Source of the DNA: Lysobacterales bacterium
GTDB lineage: Bacteria > Pseudomonadota > Gammaproteobacteria > Xanthomonadales > Xanthomonadaceae
Length of the DNA: 64,000 bases
Assembly: GCA_038323475.1 (NCBI GenBank)
Contig: JBBQHA010000001.1
Span: forward strand, 720 to 64,719
Direction: 5' to 3'
Shown: positions 24,708 through 32,542 of the stretch, one piece after another
Numbering within the stretch: position 1 is the first letter of the stretch
Layout of the letters: each line of letters starts with the position of its first letter
Translations under genes and position numbers: made by a program
Notes under the pieces: generated by a model
The model's input: the letters and a program-made list of their open reading frames with translations, nothing else
Database searches by the model: none
What the model was told of the DNA's origin: nothing

Positions 24708-26960
24708 TTACCAGCTGAAGCCCGCGCCGGCGTTGATGCTGCTTTCACTATCGCTGAAGGCCCCGCCGATCGAGATGCTGGCGTGGTTGTTGTTGAACGC
24801 GCGTTGATAGCCGACCGCAAAGGCTTGCTGGCCGCCCTGGTTGCCGAAACCCACTCCGACCCGATTTGCGCCCGCCAGGCCGGAGGTGTTCATCGCCATC
24901 CCGGAGAGCGCCGATCCCATCGCACCGATCGTGCTGATGCGGCGATCCTGGAGCGCGAACCGGTTGTCGACGCTGATCGACAGCGCGCCCATCGCGCCGG
25001 TGGTGAAGTTGTTGGCGGAGGCCAGGGTGGACGCATCGCCGGCCTGCATCTGCGACAGGTTCACCGCATCGTTGGCGCCAGTGCCCGCAGCGACATTGAC
25101 GATGCGGCGTCCATTTCCAGCGCTGCCCACCGAGACAGTGTTGGCCTGGTTGGCCACCGATCCCGCGCCGAGCGCGACGGCATTGGTGGCGTCGGCCGCG
25201 ACCGAACTGTTGGCGCCGAACGCCGAACTGGAATCGCCGAGCGCCTGCGCGCTGCTGCCCATGGCCGTACTGTCAACGCCGGTTGCGAGCGCCAATGAAC
25301 CGGCTGCGGTCGAATGGGCGCCGCTTGCGTTCGCGTCATCGCTGCCATCGGCGGGACCGGAGGCCTTGAAATAATGCTGGGCCGTCGCGACGCCGGAGGA
25401 GAGCGCATTCAGCTGTTCCATGGTTGCCGCATCGTGCGCATCGGTGCCGTCGGCGATGTTGGTGATTTGCCGATACATTCCGGTGCTCGCATCGCCTACC
25501 GAAACCGTGTTCGCGCGGGTTCCGGTCGAGGAATAGCTGCCCAGCGCGACGCTGTTGTCGGCCGATGCGGTGGCATGCGCGCCAAGCGCGGTGCTGACCG
25601 CGCCCGAGGCCGTGCTGCCTGCACCGCTTGCAGTGCTGTTCGATGCGGAAGCCGTGCTGCCTGCGCCGGTTGCGGTGCTGCTGTCGCCGGACGCCGTGCT
25701 CATCGCGCCGGTGGCGCTCGCATAGGCGCCGCTCGCGCTGCTCCTGTAACCAGTGGCATTGCTGCCGATGCCCGCTGCCGTGCTGTAAGCGCCGAGCGCC
25801 GAACTGAAATCGCCGGTCGCCGTGCTGGTATCGCCGAGCGCCGTGCTCGATGTTCCCGCCGCAACCGCTGCCGAGCCGATCGCGGTACTGGAGTCGCCGA
25901 TCGCGACGCTATACGCACCATTCGCCGTGCTGAGATTGCCGAGCGCATGGCTGTAGGCGCCTTCGGCGGAACTGAAGTCGCCGAGCGCCACGCTGTACGC
26001 GCCGGTTGCATTGCTGTGACCGCCGGTCGCCTGTGCATACACGCCGTTGGCCGTGCTGAAGTCGCCGAGCGCGCTGCTGTAGGCGCCGGTCGCCGTGCTC
26101 GCAAAACCGGATGTGTAGGTGTGGTTGCCGGTAGCCGTGGAGAAATCGCCGCCCGCGTATGCGGCAGCGCCGGTAGCGCTGGAGAACTTGCCCAGGGCCG
26201 TGCTGTAGGTGCCCGCGGCATGGCTGCCATAGCCGATCGCATAGCTGCCGGCTCCGGTTGCATCGCTCCTGATGCCATATGCGAGCGAGTGATACCCCGT
26301 GGCTGTCGACACATTGCCGATGGCATCGGCACCCGCACCGGTCGCAGTGGAATAGTTGCCGAGTGCGTGAGCATTCGCGCCGGTTGCGGTGGAAGCGCCA
26401 CCCAGCGCGTAGGCGGCGCCGGTCGCCGTGCTGAAATCGCCGACGGCATGACTGCCTGTGCCGATCGCGGCGGCGAAGATGCCTTCGGCCTTGGCACCAA
26501 GCCCGATCGCAGTACTATAGGCGCCGGTGGCCTGGCTGAAGTTGCCGATCGCGGTCGCGTAACCCTTCTCATTTCCGCCGTTCTGCCCGCTGTTCGAGCC
26601 GCTCGCGTTGGCGTAGGCGCCGATCGCCACGCTGTTGTTGTAGGCGTAGGAGTGGTAGCCGATCGCAGTCGAGGCTGCCCGGAACCCATATCCACCGGAC
26701 ACGCGATCGGCAGACCGCGCGTATGCCCCGATCGCGATCGCGCCGTTCGCCGCACCGACGGTTCCCGCCGAGCTGCCGTAGCCGACCGATGTGCTGTATC
26801 CGCCGACCGCATTGCCGTTCGCGCATTCGGTGCTGGTGCCGTCGTCGCAATCCTGCGCGAGCGCGATGGTTGGCGCGACGCCCATCGCAACCAATACGGC
26901 AGCTGCGAGCAGGGTGCGAGCATGGCAGCTCGAGCGAAGGGTGCGTCGGACGATGGTCAC
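24708..26960 (-). CDS. trimeric autotransporter adhesin (YadA/Hia-like)
   Basis: C-terminal YadA anchor (ISTIGAMGSALSGMAMNTSGLAGANRVGVGFGNQGGQQAFAVGYQRAF...AGAGFSW). Long head-motif array (xSTAxG units) and neck-like segments (VSVGDASTGMYRQITNIADG, VSVGSAGNGRRIVNVAAG). Start assigned to GTG 26958-26960 (VTIVRRTLRSS...AVLVAMGVAPTIALA) with GGAG 7 nt upstream; ORF-track residues upstream of that look non-coding. Confidence 0.85.
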   Translation of the reverse strand: MTIVRRTLRSSCHARTLLAAAVLVAMGVAPTIALAQDCDDGTSTECANGNAVGGYSTSVGYGSSAGTVGAANGAIAIGAYARSADRVSGGYGFRAASTAIGYHSYAYNNSVAIGAYANASGSNSGQNGGNEKGYATAIGNFSQATGAYSTAIGLGAKAEGIFAAAIGTGSHAVGDFSTATGAAYALGGASTATGANAHALGNYSTATGAGADAIGNVSTATGYHSLAYGIRSDATGAGSYAIGYGSHAAGTYSTALGKFSSATGAAAYAGGDFSTATGNHTYTSGFASTATGAYSSALGDFSTANGVYAQATGGHSNATGAYSVALGDFSSAEGAYSHALGNLSTANGAYSVAIGDSSTAIGSAAVAAGTSSTALGDTSTATGDFSSALGAYSTAAGIGSNATGYRSSASGAYASATGAMSTASGDSSTATGAGSTASASNSTASGAGSTASGAVSTALGAHATASADNSVALGSYSSTGTRANTVSVGDASTGMYRQITNIADGTDAHDAATMEQLNALSSGVATAQHYFKASGPADGSDDANASGAHSTAAGSLALATGVDSTAMGSSAQALGDSSSAFGANSSVAADATNAVALGAGSVANQANTVSVGSAGNGRRIVNVAAGTGANDAVNLSQMQAGDASTLASANNFTTGAMGALSISVDNRFALQDRRISTIGAMGSALSGMAMNTSGLAGANRVGVGFGNQGGQQAFAVGYQRAFNNNHASISIGGAFSDSESSINAGAGFSW
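25530..26810 (-). repeat. intragenic tandem array of degenerate 7/14-codon head repeats in the adhesin gene
   Basis: The protein reads ...GAYSTAIG, GDFSTATG, GNYSTATG, GNVSTATG, GTYSTALG, GDFSTATG, GAYSSALG, GDFSTANG, GAYSVALG, GDFSSAEG, GNLSTANG, GDSSTAIG, GTSSTALG, GDTSTATG, GDFSSALG... The DNA shows the matching 21/42-nt periodicity. Confidence 0.8.
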
Positions 26961-27253
26961 GATAAGTCTCCTCAGGGATGGACGATGGCCGGACCCGGGA
27001 CTCCGGGCGCGATGCGCGGATGTGCGATGCGCGCATGCCGGCCGCAAGTAATCCCGGCGACGATAGAGCAAACATGCCGATACGCGACGTGATATCCGCG
27101 AATACCCCCCGCGCCGGGGGGGCATTTCGGGCCAGCGGTACGGTGCCAGACCAGCGCTAGCCGGAAAACCGTGACGCAATCGAGCATCGTCGATCCATCG
27201 AGACGGCCTGGACGGTATCGATGCGCCATCCGAAGTCGATGAAGTACCGAAGT

Positions 27254-27410
27254 TGTGCGCTCTCAGGCCTGCTTGTGCGATTACCGAACATGGCATGTGC
27301 GACTGCCGGCATGTTTGTGCGATTACCGCACACAAATCGCGGCGACATCGTGCAGAATCCGCACGCCATTTCGTGCGCCCAATGTGTCGATTAGCGACGC
27401 GACGCACACA
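27254..27410. promoter_or_regulatory. phased TGTGCG / CGCACA repeat array (candidate operator cluster) in the adhesin-luxR divergent region
   Basis: TGTGCG hexamers start at 27254, 27274, 27296 and 27316 (spacing 20, 22, 20 bp). A 14-bp perfect direct repeat TTGTGCGATTACCG occurs at 27273-27286 and 27315-27328. Dyad TGTGCG-N5-CGCACA at 27316-27332. Degenerate copy TGTGTCGATTAGCG at 27383-27396, with CGCACA at 27403-27408. Confidence 0.4.
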
Positions 27411-27647
27411 TTCCGCCGCGCTTCGGACGGGTCGATCGGTTACGCTTGCATGCGGCATCGACGATGCAATCCGCCGACCGGTTTCACTTCGACGGTCATA
27501 TCGTTTGGCAGACAAGAAACATGCGACGCAGGTTTTGACATGACCTCCCTCACCCCGCCATCGGCGCCGCCGATGGTTCCCCCCTCTCCCGCGTAGCAGG
27601 AGAGCGAGGATCGCGTCGCTTCACGACTTTCACGTTGATGGCGAGAC

Positions 27648-30320
27648 ATGTCCGAACCCGAGTTCATCCTCAAGACGACCCCGCCACGGCTGCCGCGCAC
27701 GGCGCTGGAGCGCGAGCGTCTGTCCCGGATCTGGGACATTGTCTGCGACCGCACCGCGATCGCGGTGTTCGCGCCGCCCGGCTTCGGCAAGACCACGCTG
27801 CTCGTGCAATGGCGGCGCCGCTGGCTCGCGCAGGGATCGCTCGTCGCGTGGCTCACGTCCGACCGCCACGACGACCCGGCACGCTTCAACATGGTCCTGC
27901 TGCATGCGATCCGAACCGCGAGCGGCCGCACGTCGCTCGACACCTCCGCGATGGAAGGAGCGGCAAACACCGACCATGGCATCGACACATTGACCGGCAT
28001 GCTCGCCGAGATCGCGAGCCTCGGAAAACAGACCGTGCTGATCGTCGACGACGCCGAGCGCCTGCCCGAGGCGAGCCGGCAATCGCTCGCCTACCTGCTC
28101 TACAACGCGCCGCCGAACCTGCACGTGGTGATCGGTTCGCGCGTGCCGTTGTCGTTGCGGACCGGCGAACTAGCGGCAAAAGGCAACGTTGCGATCCTCA
28201 AGGTCGAAGACCTGCGGCTGCAACTCGAGGAATCGACGGCGATCCTGGAGAAGCGTTTCGGCACGCGGTTGAGCCTCGACGAATGCGTACGCCTGCATGA
28301 GGCGACCGAAGGCTGGCCGATCGGCCTGCAGCTTGCCGTCGCGACCATCGAGCCCGAGTCGGACCTGTCCGCGGCGATCAATTCGCTGTCGGGCCGGCAC
28401 GGCGACATCGAACGCTATTTCATCGAATCGCTGTTCTCGAAGCTCTCGCCAGCAGTCGCGGATTTCCTCACCCGCATCGCGATCCTCGACCGCATGAGCG
28501 CGCAGATGTGCGAAGCGGTCACCAGCTGCGCTGCGTCCTCGAGCTACCTCGACCAGCTCATGCTGGACACGCCGATCCTGATCGTCGCGGAACTGCAGGG
28601 CTGGTTCCGCCTGCACCCGCTCATGCGCGATTTCCTGTTGAGCCGGTTCGAACAGCTGTCGGCGACCGAGCAGAAGGACTTGCACGTCCGCGCCTGCCGC
28701 TGGTTCTCCGAACAGGAACGTTTTCCGGAAGCCGCATCGCATGCGCTGGCAGCGGGCGACGAAGCGCTTGCGCACGAATACGCGGTGAAGTCGCTGTGGA
28801 CGCTGCGCACGCAGGGCAAGTTTGCCGAAGCGCAGGCGTGGCTCAGCCGCATCCCGCCGGAAAACATCGCGAACGACGTGAACCTGCGGCTGATCGCAGC
28901 ATGGGTTATCGCCCTCGGCGAGCGCAATGCGGAAGCGTTCAAGGTCGCGCAGGAAGTCCTCGCAGATCCGGCGACGGATGCGTCGACGCAATTCATCGCC
29001 ACCCTCGTCGCATCCAGCGCCACCGGATATTCGGACCATCTCGGACTCGTGCCCGACCTGTTCGCGCGCTGGCCGGAATTTCCGGCGGAGTGCACCGAAC
29101 CCGTATGCGCGCTGGCCTACCGCAATGGCATGGCGAACCTGGAATTGCATACCGGCCACAGCGACAACGCGCGACGCATCCTGACCGCAATTCCGGTCGA
29201 TGCGGAAAACGACTCGGCGATGCTGGCGCTGTCCTACCGGACGATGCTGCTCGGCCTGAGCCATCTCTGGGACGGCGACGCCTACCAGACCGAAGCGATC
29301 TTGCGACCGGCGCTGATCCAGGCCGAGCGCGTCGCCGGCCGACGCAGCATGGTCGCGAGCATGTTCGCCGCGGTGCTCGCCGCCGCCCTGCACGAGCGCG
29401 ACCAGCCGGCGGTCGCGCAGGCCCTGCTCGCGAACAGGCTCGACGTGATCGAACGCACCGGATTCCCCGACGCCATCCTGCTGGCCTACCGCACGCTCAC
29501 CTACGTCGCGCTGAGCCAGGACGACGAACGCCGCGCGCTGAACCTGCTCGACAGCCTCGCTGCATTGGCCGAGCGTCGTCGCCTGCCGCGGCTGACCCTT
29601 CACGCGCTCGCCGAACAGATCCGCATCTACGCGCTGCGTTCGTGCAGCGAGACCGTCGATCGCCTCATGCGACAGCTGGACGAGCTCGCTGGCGCGTTCG
29701 AGTGTCCCGAATTCCTGCCGTACCTGCCGCAATACCTGCTCGCCGCCGCGATCGCGAAAACCTACGCCGCGCTTGCAAGGCACGATGTCGATGCGGCCGA
29801 ACGCCACCTGCACGAAGCGGATGCGTTCGCGAGCCAGCTGCACCGTCGCCGCGATGCGTTGACGGTCAAGGTCCTGCGCGCGGTGCTTGCGCGGCAACGC
29901 AATGCGACGCACGCGCTGTCGCTGCTCGCCGAAGCGCAGAGCCTGGCCACCATCGGCGGCAATGCGCGGCTGCTCGCCGATACCCATCCGCTCGCAGTGC
30001 AGATGGCCGCCGGGCTGCACATGGCGACCACCGGCCTGCGCATCGTGCGCACCACCGCTCCTGCGGCCGAACCGCCTGCGCATGCAACTGCCGCACCCGG
30101 CAAGGTCACCCAGTTGCGTTGCGGCCCGCTCACGCCGAAGGAAGCCGAAGTCCTGAGCCTGCTCGACAAGGGCATGTCGAACAAGCTGATCGCGCGCGCG
30201 ATGGACATCAGCGACGAAACGGTGAAGTGGCACCTCAAGAACCTGTTCCTGAAACTCTCGGCCGGCACCCGCAAGCACGTCGTCGATCGCGCGCGCCTGC
30301 TCGGCCTCGTCGGCACCTGA
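27648..30320 (+). CDS. MalT-like LuxR-family transcriptional regulator (NTPase + TPR-like + LuxR HTH)
   Basis: 890 aa. Walker A IAVFAPPGFGKTTLL, Walker B-like VLIVDDAERL, long helical repeat region. C-terminal LuxR/GerE HTH LTPKEAEVLSLLDKGMSNKLIARAMDISDETVKWHLKNLFLKL. Confidence 0.85.
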   Translation: MSEPEFILKTTPPRLPRTALERERLSRIWDIVCDRTAIAVFAPPGFGKTTLLVQWRRRWLAQGSLVAWLTSDRHDDPARFNMVLLHAIRTASGRTSLDTSAMEGAANTDHGIDTLTGMLAEIASLGKQTVLIVDDAERLPEASRQSLAYLLYNAPPNLHVVIGSRVPLSLRTGELAAKGNVAILKVEDLRLQLEESTAILEKRFGTRLSLDECVRLHEATEGWPIGLQLAVATIEPESDLSAAINSLSGRHGDIERYFIESLFSKLSPAVADFLTRIAILDRMSAQMCEAVTSCAASSSYLDQLMLDTPILIVAELQGWFRLHPLMRDFLLSRFEQLSATEQKDLHVRACRWFSEQERFPEAASHALAAGDEALAHEYAVKSLWTLRTQGKFAEAQAWLSRIPPENIANDVNLRLIAAWVIALGERNAEAFKVAQEVLADPATDASTQFIATLVASSATGYSDHLGLVPDLFARWPEFPAECTEPVCALAYRNGMANLELHTGHSDNARRILTAIPVDAENDSAMLALSYRTMLLGLSHLWDGDAYQTEAILRPALIQAERVAGRRSMVASMFAAVLAAALHERDQPAVAQALLANRLDVIERTGFPDAILLAYRTLTYVALSQDDERRALNLLDSLAALAERRRLPRLTLHALAEQIRIYALRSCSETVDRLMRQLDELAGAFECPEFLPYLPQYLLAAAIAKTYAALARHDVDAAERHLHEADAFASQLHRRRDALTVKVLRAVLARQRNATHALSLLAEAQSLATIGGNARLLADTHPLAVQMAAGLHMATTGLRIVRTTAPAAEPPAHATAAPGKVTQLRCGPLTPKEAEVLSLLDKGMSNKLIARAMDISDETVKWHLKNLFLKLSAGTRKHVVDRARLLGLVGT

Positions 30321-30363
30321 TCGAGCACGCTGCGACGTCCGCCGATGCGGGCATGGATCGCGC

Positions 30364-31038
30364 ATGGCAGGATGCGCGCTGGAGGTGGCCGTGCGCGACA
30401 TCGACGTGGTCCGGATATCGAATCCCCTGTGGAGTCGCCTGCTGTCGGCATTGCCGGATGCGGTGACCGCGGGCGGCTGCCTGGTCGTGTGGATCGCGCC
30501 GTTCGCGCTCGGGCCGAACGCGGTGAAGACAGTCCTGCTGATGATGCTGATGGAATTCATCCTCGTGCACGCGACCGGATTTTTCACCGTGATCGCATCC
30601 CCGGACGGCACCCGGCCGGCCAAGCGCATCGCCATGCTGGCGGCGCTGTCGTTGTTCTACATGCTGTTCGTCGGCGTGTGGGCCTTCATGTTCCACGCAT
30701 GGTGGCCGGTCATGGTGTTCGTGTGGCTTGTGGTCGGCAAGGTTGGCTGGATCTTCGCGAATCCGCGCGGGCGCGAGGACGAGACGGGCCGGCAGATGGT
30801 GGCGTGGGCGTATTCCGTCGCAGCGTACCTCGGTGGCGTCTTCGGCGGATTGTTCCTGCCGCTGCCGCGGCTCGGCCTGGACGACGCGACCGTGGCGAGC
30901 CTGCAGCTCTCCATGAAGGGGGAGTGGATGGATCGCCCGCACACCGCCATCGCCGGCGCGGTGCTCTACTACACGGCGCTCGCGCTGTTCAAGGCATGGG
31001 GCGGCCCGCGCCTGCCGCGGATGCCGAGGACCGCATGA
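30364..31038 (+). CDS. integral membrane protein, unknown function
   Basis: 224 aa with about 5-6 hydrophobic helices (VKTVLLMMLMEFILVHATGFFTVI, MLAALSLFYMLFVGVWAFMF, WWPVMVFVWLVVGKVGWIF, AYSVAAYLGGVFGGLFL). Its stop overlaps the next start (ATGA). Confidence 0.55.
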   Translation: MAGCALEVAVRDIDVVRISNPLWSRLLSALPDAVTAGGCLVVWIAPFALGPNAVKTVLLMMLMEFILVHATGFFTVIASPDGTRPAKRIAMLAALSLFYMLFVGVWAFMFHAWWPVMVFVWLVVGKVGWIFANPRGREDETGRQMVAWAYSVAAYLGGVFGGLFLPLPRLGLDDATVASLQLSMKGEWMDRPHTAIAGAVLYYTALALFKAWGGPRLPRMPRTA

Positions 31039-31598
31039 ACCTGAAGGACTCCACCGCGATGCAAACACTGCCGCTGCTGGAAGGCGAGCGCGTCCGGCTG
31101 CGCCCATACCGCAACGACGACATCGATGCCTTGTATGCGATCTATTCCGATCCGGCGGTGATGCGCTTCTGGAGCTATCCGCCATGGATCGATCGCGCGC
31201 AGGCGGATGACTACCTCCAGCGCGACCGCGACTACGTCGGCGACGGCATGCTCGCGTGGGGCATCGCGCTGCGCGAAGACGATGTCCTGATCGGAACTGC
31301 CACCCTGTACGGCATCGATCGAGCGCAGGGTCGCGCCGAAGTCGGTTACGCGCTTGGGTGCGCGCACTGGGGCCGCGGCTATGCGCAGGAAGCGCTGCGG
31401 CTCGCGCTCGCGCACGCATTCGATGCCCTGCGGCTGCGCCGCATCGAGGCCGATGTGGATCCGCGCAACACCGGTTCGTGCCGCCTGCTCGAACGCATCG
31501 GCTTCCAGCGCGAAGGACTGCTGCGCGAACGCTGGCTGGTCGCCGGCGAATTGCAGGATTCGGTGATCTACGGCCTGCTGCGTGGCGAGCTGGCATGA
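31035..31598 (+). CDS. GNAT family N-acetyltransferase (RimJ/RimL-like)
   Basis: LLEGERVRLRPYRNDDIDALYAIYSDPAVMRFW..., acetyl-CoA loop-like CAHWGRGYAQEAL, RIEADVDPRNTGSCRLLERIGFQREGLLRERW. Start ATG 31035 (an alternative Met lies 8 codons later). Confidence 0.85.
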   Translation: MNLKDSTAMQTLPLLEGERVRLRPYRNDDIDALYAIYSDPAVMRFWSYPPWIDRAQADDYLQRDRDYVGDGMLAWGIALREDDVLIGTATLYGIDRAQGRAEVGYALGCAHWGRGYAQEALRLALAHAFDALRLRRIEADVDPRNTGSCRLLERIGFQREGLLRERWLVAGELQDSVIYGLLRGELA

Positions 31599-32356
31599 CG
31601 ACGGCGCGCACACGGATGCTTGCGCTGCCCGCACTGCTGCTGTGCGCGCATCCGGCGCTTGCCGACGCGCCCGCGTTCGATCGCCCGGGCATCTCGTTCG
31701 CGACATCGGTCTTGCCGGCCGGCGCATTCGATTGGGAACAGGGCCTGCCGGACCTCGAGCGCGACAGCGCGGACGGCATGCGCAGCACCGCGTACGCCGC
31801 CGGCACGACCGTTCGCGTCGGCCTGGCATCGACGCTGGAAATGCAGCTCGCCGGTTCGCTGTGGAATCGTCTCGACCTGCGCGCAGCGGGAGTGTCGAGA
31901 CGTGAGGAAGGCGCGGGCGACACGAAGCTGGCTTTGAAATGGGCCCCACCCATGTCGAACAAGGACGTGTCGCTGGCGGTGCTGGGCAGCATCACGCTCG
32001 ACACCGGCTCGGCTGCATTCACGAATGGGCGGCCGGTGGTTTCGCTCGGCGCCACCATCGCGCGCGACCTGGGCGCAGGTCGATCGATCGCGTTGTACGC
32101 GAATGTCGACCGCAGCGGCGGCACGAATACATGGACCATCTCGCCGAATTTCGGTTTTCCGATCGGCGAAAATCTCGGCGGCTACGTCGAAGCCGGCCAC
32201 AGCTTCGGCGGCGGCGCGTCGAGCAGCGTCGCCGGCGGCGGCCTGACCTGGCTCTGGCACGATCACGTGCAGTTCGACCTGTACGGACTGCGAGGCCTGA
32301 CCTCGCACAGCCCGGACCTGCAGGCGGGCTTCGGCGTCTCGATGTATTGGAACTAG
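31595..32356 (+). CDS. outer-membrane beta-barrel transport protein (MetA-pathway/Transp_2-like)
   Basis: Start ATG 31595 overlaps the GNAT stop (ATGA). Signal peptide MLALPALLLCAHPALADA, then FDRPGISFATSVLPAGAFDWEQG. Alternating beta-strand pattern, aromatic-rich C-terminus GFGVSMYWN. Confidence 0.55.
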   Translation: MTTARTRMLALPALLLCAHPALADAPAFDRPGISFATSVLPAGAFDWEQGLPDLERDSADGMRSTAYAAGTTVRVGLASTLEMQLAGSLWNRLDLRAAGVSRREEGAGDTKLALKWAPPMSNKDVSLAVLGSITLDTGSAAFTNGRPVVSLGATIARDLGAGRSIALYANVDRSGGTNTWTISPNFGFPIGENLGGYVEAGHSFGGGASSSVAGGGLTWLWHDHVQFDLYGLRGLTSHSPDLQAGFGVSMYWN

Positions 32357-32542
32357 CCGGTTCCGGAATCGCCGCCCGCCGCAGTGGTGCCGCTCGCGAA
32401 GACAAATCAGCAAGCACTGGAAACCGCCCGTCAAAACGCGCACCGTGTCCGGGTCATCCACTGGACGACGTTGGCCAGTGCATGCATGGCGTGCGCGCAG
32501 GTCGTTCCTGCCGGCCTTCGCCATGTCCCGGGGAGAAACACG

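Noticed and set aside
25314-27092. ORFs 25314..27092 (+, 592 aa), 25700..26923 (-, 407 aa), and the N-terminal 185 codons of ORF 24708..27515.
   Set aside because: These are shadow frames of the repeat-rich adhesin gene. The region upstream of GTG 26960 has no signal peptide and has non-coding character, so the adhesin start was moved.
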